A stretch of DNA of 64,000 nucleotides, taken from the NCBI GenBank assembly GCA_965603825.1, contig CBFDEM010000053.1, forward strand, positions 806,001 through 870,000. Reading direction: 5' to 3'. Source of the DNA: Blepharisma stoltei ATCC 30299 (taxonomy: Eukaryota > Protista > Ciliophora). The notes under the pieces are model-generated. The model did no database searches and was not told the origin of the DNA. It worked only from the letters and a program-made list of their open reading frames with translations. Of the stretch, positions 10,283 through 19,543 are shown in pieces (the first letter of the stretch is position 1; the number at the start of each line of letters is the position of its first letter). Both the position numbers and the translations under genes were made by a program.

Positions 10283-12775
10283 ATGGAAGCTCCCTATGTT
10301 ATTGTGGTTCAAGGTCCACGAAACTCAGGGAAAACCACCGTCATAAAATCGCTTGTAAGGCACTACACACGTCAAAAACTCACCGATGTTCGCGGTCCAA
10401 TAACTCTCAGAGCAAATCGGTCATTACGTTTATGTTTCTATGAATGCCCTACCGAGATGTCAGCTATGATTGACCTTGCCAAAATCGCTGACCTTGCCTT
10501 GATTGTTATTGACGCCAGCGTTGGCTTTGAGCTCGAAACATTCGAGTTTATCTCGATTTTACAAAACCATGGGATGCCCTGTGTAATGGGGATTCTCACA
10601 CATCTTGACCAGTTTAAAGAAGCCAGCACGCTCCGAAAAATAAAAAAAGTCATGAAAAAGCGGTTCTGGGCTGAAGTTTATAATGGAGCCAAGCTGTTTT
10701 ATTTGTCAGGGCTGAAAAATGACCTGTATACGGACAGAGAAATACACAATTTCACTAGGTTTATTTCGGTGCTGAAATGGAAAGAAATGACTTGGAGACA
10801 GGAACATTCGTATATTTTGGCTGATAGATTTGAAATGAAGAGGGATACAGGGGAATCGGCGTTTTATGGGTATATAAGAGGATGCCCTAGTAATGAAAAT
10901 AATTTTTTTATCCCTGGATATGGAGAATTCGAAATGACCAATATTTCAGAAATCCAAGACCCTGTGCCTCAAATAGAAGCTCAAAAAAAGAAAAAAACAC
11001 ATAGAACCCTTAAACAAAAAGAGAGAGCTTTATATGCTCCATCTTCCAATATTGGAATGCTTAAATATGACAATAACACTGGCTATATAAACTTGCCAGA
11101 CCAATATGTCATGTTTACAAAGCATCAAGGCGAAAATATTGAAGAATTCACCCCAGGGCAAAAAATGGTCAGAGAGCTGCAAGAAGCCGACAGGACTCTT
11201 GAAGACAAGCTAGCCCAAAGAGAAGATTTAGCACTCGTTGACGATATACAAGTAAGAGCAGAATCAAGCGAAAGCGAAATTGAAGAAGAAAACCACTTAA
11301 AAGAGCTTGCAGAAGAAATTAAGACAAAATTGCCCAAAAAAGAAGTCCAGGAGTATACAATTAATGATACAGTCGTCACTGATTTGACCACTTTGGTGTA
11401 TGGAAAGAAAAGTCAGGGTGCTAAAAAAGTGATGGAAAAGGACACCCTAGATAGCTTTAAAGAAAGATATAAGCCAAGATTTGACAGCTTGGATAACTAT
11501 ATTAAAGCGGTTAAAAATAGATTTATGGCTGGGAGTGATTATAAAGAAGAAATAGAAAAAGAAGCTGAGGATGATATGGATGGCGAAGATATTGAAAAAG
11601 AAATCGAAGACGCCCCAAAAAGTGAAAAAAATGGTATTCCGAAAGGGACTTATGTGAAAATTGAAATCAAAGGTATGAGTGAAGAACTTTTCGAAAAAAT
11701 TGTGCCTGAATGCCCAATTTTACTATGTGGGCTAAAACCTCTTGAAAATTCTTTAGGCTACGTCCGAGCCAGATTTAAAAAGCACCGCTGGGCTAAAAAA
11801 ATTTTGAAAAATAATGACCCATTAGTAATATCAATGGGCTGGAGAAGATTTCAGACTATACCTATATTTTGTACAGAAGATTCTGGCACAGACAGGCTTA
11901 GAATGGTAAAATACACTCCAAAATTCGGGTTTTGCATGATGGTTTTTTATGGACCTTTATCCGCAGTAAATACCCCTATCATGGCAATCCAAGATCTAGA
12001 AGGCAAAGACTTCAGGATTTCAGGCTCAGGGATTATTTTAGAGTTAAACAGTCAATTTTCAATCATGAAAAAGCTTAAATTGATAGGCGAGCCTTATAAA
12101 GTGTTTAAAAATACCGCCTTTGTCAAAGGAATGTTTAATTCACAGCTAGAAGTCACCCGATTTGAAGGCGCAAAAATAAAAACTGTCTCAGGGATCAGAG
12201 GAATGATTAAAAAATCTTCAAGAGATGGAATTGGGCCTCCAGGGACATATAGAGCTACTTTTGAAGACAAAATTTTGATGAGCGATATCATATTTTTAAG
12301 GACTTATTATGAAATAAAGCCTGAAAAGTTTTATAATCCAATTATTAATTACGCAAAACAAAGACTACTCAAAACCACAAGCCAAATTAGAACAGAAAGA
12401 GGCATTGTGGCACCAGATAATGAAGATTCCCATTATAACCCTGTCATAAGAGAAAAAAAAGAATTCACTCCTTTCAAGGTTCCTAAGAAACTAGAAGAAG
12501 AGCTTCCATTTAAATCCAAACAAAAATTAACACAGCCAAAACAAAGAGATGAAACAGACGTCAAAATTATGCTGAATGACAGAGAAAAGAAAATCGCATT
12601 TTTCTTGCAAAGGCTTGGAACAGTCAAAAATATGAGGGTCAAGCATGAAAAAGAGAAAAAAGAAAAATATGATGAAGAAATTGCCAAAAAACAGAAAAAA
12701 GAAGACGACGCGAAGAGAGAAGCACTTTCCAGGAAGATTAAAGAAAGGAAAATGAAGAAAAATTTTCATAAATAA
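10283..12775 (+). CDS. BMS1: Ribosome biogenesis GTPase BMS1
   Basis: GPRNSGKTT P-loop, DLAKIADL, GFELETFEF, KKHRW..KILK..DPL, GWRRFQT and IKTVSGIRG. Confidence 0.95.
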   Translation: MEAPYVIVVQGPRNSGKTTVIKSLVRHYTRQKLTDVRGPITLRANRSLRLCFYECPTEMSAMIDLAKIADLALIVIDASVGFELETFEFISILQNHGMPCVMGILTHLDQFKEASTLRKIKKVMKKRFWAEVYNGAKLFYLSGLKNDLYTDREIHNFTRFISVLKWKEMTWRQEHSYILADRFEMKRDTGESAFYGYIRGCPSNENNFFIPGYGEFEMTNISEIQDPVPQIEAQKKKKTHRTLKQKERALYAPSSNIGMLKYDNNTGYINLPDQYVMFTKHQGENIEEFTPGQKMVRELQEADRTLEDKLAQREDLALVDDIQVRAESSESEIEEENHLKELAEEIKTKLPKKEVQEYTINDTVVTDLTTLVYGKKSQGAKKVMEKDTLDSFKERYKPRFDSLDNYIKAVKNRFMAGSDYKEEIEKEAEDDMDGEDIEKEIEDAPKSEKNGIPKGTYVKIEIKGMSEELFEKIVPECPILLCGLKPLENSLGYVRARFKKHRWAKKILKNNDPLVISMGWRRFQTIPIFCTEDSGTDRLRMVKYTPKFGFCMMVFYGPLSAVNTPIMAIQDLEGKDFRISGSGIILELNSQFSIMKKLKLIGEPYKVFKNTAFVKGMFNSQLEVTRFEGAKIKTVSGIRGMIKKSSRDGIGPPGTYRATFEDKILMSDIIFLRTYYEIKPEKFYNPIINYAKQRLLKTTSQIRTERGIVAPDNEDSHYNPVIREKKEFTPFKVPKKLEEELPFKSKQKLTQPKQRDETDVKIMLNDREKKIAFFLQRLGTVKNMRVKHEKEKKEKYDEEIAKKQKKEDDAKREALSRKIKERKMKKNFHK

Positions 12776-12828
12776 ATAGAAATTTATATGGAATAAATCA
12801 ATTTTTAAATAAATAATTTTGCTTATAA

Positions 12829-13437
12829 TTAAGCTTCATTAAAATTTGTTGCGACCTCACGCGCTCTTTCTCTTGCATAAGTCAGTTCACTTTCCCTTTC
12901 TTCTGCAGTCATAGTATTTACTTTAGTAATGATTAATAAAGGCAGGATTTTCCCACCCATAAATTCTATAGGGTGTGTAAATACTTTTAAGACCGTTTCA
13001 AGCTCTTCTTTTGGATTATTTCCAGCTGTACATGATACTAATATTTTTTTCCCATTTAAAACAGGGTCAGGCCACCCAAACCCTATAGGGAAATTCCTCT
13101 GCATCCACCCTGTCAAAATTGCAGGTGTCGTTTGCCACCAAACAGGAAATTGGAACACAATGATATTTGCTGCTCGAATTTTGTCCATTTCGATCTCGAT
13201 TTCTCTGTCATAAGTATGATCTTCAAGAGCCTTCAAAGAGGCTTTGTCAATACTAAAAGCATCTTCTGTAAATGTTGGATAGTCGTGTCTATCAAGGCAA
13301 GGCTTATACCCCATTTTGTATAAGTCACTTTCAATCACCTCCCATCCTGCATCGATAAATCCGAGTTTCAATGATTCTTTGACAGCATAGTTAAGACTTG
13401 TTTCGCTTGGATGAGCATAGACTATTAGAGCTTTCAT
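12829..13437 (-). CDS. Flavodoxin-fold NAD(P)H:quinone oxidoreductase (NQO/MdaB/KefF family)
   Basis: LIVYAHP..SLN, SDLY and IVFQFPVWW..PAILTGW. Confidence 0.88.
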   Translation of the reverse strand: MKALIVYAHPSETSLNYAVKESLKLGFIDAGWEVIESDLYKMGYKPCLDRHDYPTFTEDAFSIDKASLKALEDHTYDREIEIEMDKIRAANIIVFQFPVWWQTTPAILTGWMQRNFPIGFGWPDPVLNGKKILVSCTAGNNPKEELETVLKVFTHPIEFMGGKILPLLIITKVNTMTAEERESELTYARERAREVATNFNEA

Positions 13438-13585
13438 ATTTAATTATGGTGAAAATAAAACTAAAAATTTCTGTAATATTAATTAGAGACTTGTCGTATA
13501 TTATGCTAAATTGATTGTTAAGTCTTCATTTTTTATTAATTAATGATTTTTCTCTACTATAAGATTGCCATGCTTATCTTTTTAA

Positions 13586-14191
13586 TTATGATGATAAATT
13601 TCCGGCAACGCCTTTAGCAATATTATAAGCATCTGCTATGAATTGCTTTCTTTCAGCTTCTGTAAGAGTATTATTTGGAGATACAGCTATTATAGGAAGA
13701 ATTTCAGCTCCCATATAAGCAAATGAGGAAAGCTGACTTCTTATTCTGATATCTATATCTGCTGCCGAATAATTCCCAGCTGTGCATGAAATTAAAATTT
13801 TTTTATTCCGGAGCACTGGGTCTGGGTAGCCAAATCCATAGCCAAAAACTCTTTGAATCCATCCTATTAAAATTGCTGGACAATTAGACCACCATATAGG
13901 GAATTGGAAAACAATTACACTTGATTCAGTGATTTTCTGTCTTTCAATGTTAATGTCTTCTGCATGAGAATTGTCTTCAGAAGCTTTTATAGCAGCTTCA
14001 TCTGGGCGAAATGTTTCTTTATCCCAGCTTGGGTAATCGTAGCGGTCCAGATGTGATTTAAAATTCATGCGATATAGGTCACTTTCTATTATTTCACAGC
14101 CACTGTCTGTAAAGCCAAGCTTTATAGACTCTTTTAAAGCGTAATTAAAGCTGCTTGTATCTGGATGGGCAAAGACTATTAAAACCTTCAT
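13586..14191 (-). CDS. Flavodoxin-fold NAD(P)H:quinone oxidoreductase, tandem paralog
   Basis: LIVFAHP..SFN, SDLY and IVFQFPIWW..PAILIGWIQRVF. Co-linear with 12829-13437. Confidence 0.88.
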   Translation of the reverse strand: MKVLIVFAHPDTSSFNYALKESIKLGFTDSGCEIIESDLYRMNFKSHLDRYDYPSWDKETFRPDEAAIKASEDNSHAEDINIERQKITESSVIVFQFPIWWSNCPAILIGWIQRVFGYGFGYPDPVLRNKKILISCTAGNYSAADIDIRIRSQLSSFAYMGAEILPIIAVSPNNTLTEAERKQFIADAYNIAKGVAGNLSS

Positions 14192-14354
14192 TTATCAATT
14201 ATAATTTATAGATATGCAAGATTAATTACTCAAATTATAGTGATTTATGAATTTGCTAGTGATATATTTCTTCAAAAAACTAAAATCTCTTATATTATTT
14301 TTAAATACTTTCATTCAAAACAAACTAATTTTCACACAAATTATAATAAAGAAT

Positions 14355-14621
14355 TTAGCCTTTAAGTTTTCCAACGATATGAAGGATAACCACCACAGCA
14401 ATATATGATAGAGATAGCAGCAGAACTGTACTAGGACCAATTTGTAAGCCAGGCGCATCTTCTGTGTACAATTTTAGTTCCCCAGCATTCCCGTCACCTC
14501 TTCCAGTCGATTTCGATTCTAATTATATTTTACTGGTATTTGCGCCTCTTTTTCTCATGGCTGCTTGGACAGCGCTTGCGGTTTGGCCACTTGAGCTTTC
14601 TGAATGAGTTCCTTTAGCCAT
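14355..14621 (-). CDS. SEC61B: Protein transport Sec61 beta subunit (83 aa, one 15-nt intron); absent from the ORF track
   Basis: After removing intron 14519-14533: MAKGTHSESSSGQTASAVQAAMRKRGANTKSKSTGRGDGNAGELKLYTEDAPGLQIGPSTVLLLSLSYIAVVVILHIVGKLKG. YTEDAPGL.IGP plus a C-terminal TM ending LHI.GK is the Sec61beta signature. Confidence 0.93.
14519..14533 (-). other. 15-nt spliceosomal intron (GTAAAATATAATTAG)
   Basis: Contains an in-frame TAA. Removal restores Sec61beta. A at position 10. Confidence 0.92.
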
Positions 14622-14846
14622 GTTTCCACGTATATTGTTATAAATGTAATATTTCGTAAAAATTAATTTCACTTTTGATATTTTTAATGAAAAATTTAAA
14701 TAATCATTGAAAAACCCTTATAGTCTGATTTATTAGCAGGCATTTTTGGTATTATTAAATAAGCGAACTAAAGGCTGTAAAATCCATAAGAAAATTAATT
14801 AATTTTAAAATAATAAAATATTTTTTACGAGACTAATGCTTAATAT

Positions 14847-15674
14847 CTAGGCATCTTTAAATTCTGGGTCTCTTTTATTAATAAATGACTTCATCCCTTC
14901 TTCTCTATCATAAAACGCAAAAGTGGACTGAAACATCCTTCTCTCAAATTCTAATCCTTCTTGTAATGTACTTTCATATGCTTGATTTATACACTCTTTA
15001 GCCATCATTGCCATCGGCTGTGAGTTTGCAGCAATTTTTGCTGCGATTTTTATAGCAATATCAACTACGTCATGATCAGGCACAATTCTTGAGACTAAGC
15101 CACTCTGCCAGGCTTCTCTTGCAGAAATCAGTTCCCCAGTAAGCAGCATTTCCATAGCTTTTGCTTTTCCTACAGCTCTTGTTAATCTCTGTGTCCCTCC
15201 AGCTCCTGAAAAAGTCCCAAGCTTTATTTCAGGGTGCCCGAATTTTGAATTTTCCCCTGCAATTATTATGTCACACATCATAGCGATTTCGCAGCCTCCG
15301 CCTAGTGCAAAACCATTTACAGCGGCTATAAGAGGTTTTCTAGTCTTTGCAATTTCGTCTCATTCTGATGAAAAATTTGTTGAGAAATTTCCTTGAAAAG
15401 TTCTTGGTTCCATTTCTTTGACGTCAGCACCAGCTGCAAAAACCTTGTGAAGCCCTGTAAGTACGATTGCATTGGTTTCTGGGTTTCTGTCGCATTTTTT
15501 AAGCTGGGTTACGATTTCGTGGATTAGTCTGTCACATAGAGCATTTGATGCTTTTGGACGATTCATAGTGATTATAGATACTTTTTCTTCTTTTTTTACA
15601 TCAATAAACTGGTATTTCGTATTGAAGTTTCTTCAAGCGCTCTTTGCTTTTATAAATCTTGAGAGAGAAAACAT
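14847..15674 (-). CDS. ECHS1: Mitochondrial short-chain enoyl-CoA hydratase (275 aa)
   Basis: MNRPKASNAL, FAAGADVKEM, AAVNGFALGGGCEIAMMCD, FGHPEIKLG and GAGGTQRL. Joined through TGA at 15360 and one TGA in the presequence. ATG at 15674. Confidence 0.92.
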
Positions 15675-15795
15675 TTCTCTGAAAAATATGGAATAAAACT
15701 CTTCATTATAGAAAAATATTGCGGATATATTAACTTTATCTTATTTTTAATTATATTATTTTAGTAAAATATTGCTAATAAATATAATATAAGAC

Positions 15796-16251
15796 ATGAT
15801 ATCTGGGATGATGAAAAGAATTTCCAAAGAAATAAATGACGAAAAAAAATTTTCTAAGGAAGAAATCAGCTTCTGACAAAATGATGAAAATAATTATGCT
15901 CATTTAATAGGAGCTATTTCTGGAGTAAAAAATTCACCTTATGAGGATGGAATATTTTATTTAGAAATCTTAATTTCTGAAATGTATCCTTTCAAGCCAC
16001 CAAACATTAAATTTATAACAAAAATTTATCATCCTTGAGTAAACGTTAATGGATGAATATGTTTAGACATGCTTAGAGATCAATGATCTCCTGCTTATAC
16101 AATTCGAAAAGCTTTAGTTGAAATTCAAAATTTGATGACAAGCTCCGATATAAGAGATCCATTAAATACTGAGATTTTCCACCTATATAAAACAGATAGA
16201 CCAAAATATGAAAGCACAACTAGAGAATGAACTAAGGCTTATGCAATGTAG
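15796..16251 (+). CDS. Ubiquitin-conjugating enzyme E2, divergent Ubc4/5-like (151 aa, 5 TGA-Trp); absent from the ORF track
   Basis: KRISKEI...GVKNSPYEDGIFYL...YPFKPPNIKFITKIYHP(W)VNVNG(W)ICLDMLRDQ(W)SPA...RE(W)TKAYAM. TGA at 15874, 16036, 16054, 16084 and 16228. Ends TAG. Confidence 0.92.
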
Positions 16252-16797
16252 CAATTAAAATAATAGCTAGATTGTTTCTTGTTCTTTAAAGTAATGTGAT
16301 ATATTGATAATATAGAAATATAAACCAACAAATAGAATTATGAAAAATAAGTTTGCAATAAAACTTTTAATTTTGAGCTATTATGCAAAATAAGCGCAGC
16401 TAGGGAATTAATTAAGGCTTATACAGAATAGCATCTTCAGTAGGTTTCATATAGAAAAGCTTAATTAATTAAAGATTGATTATGAAAGATCACGGTATTA
16501 TAATAATTTTATTATTTTTTATATTTATATGCATATTTCAAGCCTTTAGCATCATTTTTAACTATTTTTAATTAAATTCATTAAAAATGGGCAAGAGCAT
16601 ATTAATGTTTTCTACCTTTATTGATTCATTCATTTATTACTCTTTCTAAGAACATTAATAGTAATGGAAAATGATTTGATCTTCAATAGATACTTAAGGA
16701 AGGCTATAAAAAAGAAGGGAATATCTACTTTATTTATTTTTAAAGTTGAATTATAGTTATTTAATTTTAAATTATAATAAAATACAATATCAATAGA

Positions 16798-18029
16798 ATG
16801 GTATCTAAGATAAAAACTAAACTCAAATTAATAAAAAATGCGCTAAATGAAATCACAGAAATAGCTACAAGAAAAACTGATAATCGAGATTTTAATATTA
16901 TTCCAGCATTAAAAGAAAGCATATATAAAATCCAGCGCCAACTTACAGAAAATTTAGAAAAGATTAAGGTGGAGATGAAATTTTGTTAAAAATATATCAA
17001 AGTACTATTAATGATTAAAAACAGTGATCAATTTTTTCTGAAAAAATAGTTTTTAGCGAAATCTGGAAATAGAGCAATTGATTTGATTGCTAAGTATTTG
17101 CTTCAGGAAGCTTTTGATATTATGGCAGCTGAATCTAAAAGTACAATTGAAAATATATACTTGCCATATCATAAAGAGATAGATAAAAATTGAAATTTGC
17201 CTTTAAGAAAAAGAAAATCTGTTAATGGCTATCCAGATTGCTTTGATAATAAGTATTTAAATACTATGAAATATATTAGAGATTGAGATGGAAATTTATA
17301 TAGATGGGTGAGTTATAACACAGAAACAAAAGATTATAAGGTATCTTGATGGATCCGTGATAAGTTTCTGTCTTGTCTTGCTTTCTCAGCGAGGATCCCA
17401 AACGGATTTTTCTGGCTTAATAGCTTAAACAGTGATTCATGCCTCTGATATAAATCTTTATACAAAGAAAATCAATGCTCTGTTGATTTTGAATTTATTT
17501 CTTCTCAAAATTTCCCTATTGATGGTACTGGGACTTATTACAAAAATTTTGTATATAGTTTTGCAACTGATGAGTCAGAAACAACCCAATTTAATAAAAA
17601 ATATAGCTTAAATAAGCATAAATGACACTCCTTATCTTCTCCTCCAAATAAAGACTGAAAAATAAAATATTCCTCTTCTTGTGTTCCATTTAAGAATTTA
17701 TTTTATTTTGCAATAATAATCATGAAATATTATTGCAATATGACATTGATTTAGACTGTTACTCAGAAATTCAGCTTAAATTAAAGGCTGCACATTTAAT
17801 AACGATAAATTCGAGAGTTTATGCTTTTAATTGTGATTTAATGAGCGAGTGCGAATTTGAAAATCAATATGCTTGGCATAAAATTAGAGAAAATTTAAAT
17901 ATTAATATTGGATGATCAATTTGGACTTACCATAAAAATTCAATTTTTTTTGCAACTCTTTGGCAATGGGAAATAGGGTACTATAAATTTAATAGTTATA
18001 AAAAATGCGTAAATTGTGAATTAATATAA
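16798..18029 (+). pseudogene. Degenerate coiled-coil plus kelch-like propeller gene
   Basis: Long frame interrupted by TAA at 16987, TAG at 17047 and a frameshift near 17700. Kelch-like blades such as YYKNFVYSF...KKYSLNKHKWHSLS and LLQYDIDLDCYSEI. Confidence 0.55.
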
Positions 18030-18903
18030 TTTTCATATAGCCATAATATCCAAATTAATTTGATGCTCTAAGTAAAAGGTGGATTATGGTATTTTGGAAA
18101 TTCAGAGGTATGTGAAGATTTATTAATTAATTATAACTGGGATTAAATATACAAGGGAAAGTATTGAAGAGAATGAAAATGATAGTGAAGAAATGAAAAA
18201 TAAAAAAGAAGACAGCGAATATGAAAGTGAAGGAGATTTATATGATGAAGAGGAAAGTATCCGGGGAAATGAAGATAAAGTGGAAGAAGGGGAAATTAAG
18301 GAAGAAATTGAGCAAAATGTTGATTATGATGAAATATATTGGGTTTAAAGTATCTAGAAGCTAATGCCGTGATATAATAACTTATTGGTTATTTAATTGG
18401 TTTCTTTATTTTATATCTTAAGAAGAAAATCAAAACTCAAATAATAAATTATAATGCTTCTTAGCTGCTAATTAATTATAATTTTTCTTATTGATATTAC
18501 CTGCGTACATGTTTAAGCAATTAAACAGTTATAATCATTATTATGAATTCATATATGTATAAAACCGCTTTTATTTGTGTCTAGACAATAATTTTATAGA
18601 TAAATTACAGCATTCTTATATGAATACTTATTTATGTGCTACAATATTATTCAAAATCAAACTGATCCTAATTATTTTTAAATCTCTTTCCAATATCTTT
18701 TTATATTATTTCAGAAAAATAGATTTAACCAAAGTATTAAGAAAGAAATTAGCGTGATCTTCACTATTATAGCATAATTTACTTCTGACTCTTAAATTAA
18801 TCATAAAAGCTGGGATGTATGATGAAAGTCAAAATTAAATTCTTTCAATATTTAAGAAATTTTGGTCTTAAACTAAAATTTAATAAAATAAATATTTTCT
18901 AGC

Positions 18904-19362
18904 ATGATGATGCCAGGGTCCTTATACAGGATTCATAAAGAGACTAAAACAATCGAAAATTCACATTTATATAGCATGTGGCCAATTGATGATAAAAATA
19001 TGTATGATTTTATAGGAACTATAATAGGACCTCAAGGAACTTCTTATGAAGGTGGAATATTCTTTTTAAAAATTCAATTTTCAGATCGTTATCCTTTCGT
19101 TCCTCCAAATATTAGATTTTTAACTCCAATATTTAATCCATGTATAGATACTAATGGAAATATAACTCTAGAAATACTAAGAGATATGTGAACTCCTGCA
19201 ATGACAGTGGAAAAACTTTTGCTGACAATAATGAGCACATTGAATAGTTTTGATATAGAATATTCACCTCCTAATGAAAGTATTTTGGAAATATATAAAA
19301 ATAATCCAACACAATATGAGACGATGGCTAGAGAGTGGACAAAGAAATATGCAATAGATTAA
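18904..19362 (+). CDS. E2-fold protein lacking the catalytic Cys (UEV-like), 152 aa
   Basis: GPQGTSYEGGIFFL, YPFVPPNIRFLTPIFNPCIDTNGNITLEILRDM(W)TPA and AREWTKKYA. Read through TGA at 19189. Confidence 0.88.
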
Positions 19363-19543
19363 GCCTCAAAAATTAATTTAAATTCATCACATCCGCCCAA
19401 TAATGACTATAAATATAAATTTACAAGGGATTTAGCTTCAAATATAAATTTCTGATTAATTTTCCGGTTATGGAAAATCTCTAATATAAAAAGCAGACTT
19501 TTAAGAAAAATTAAAAAAATAACCAATTAATATCATATCTAAA

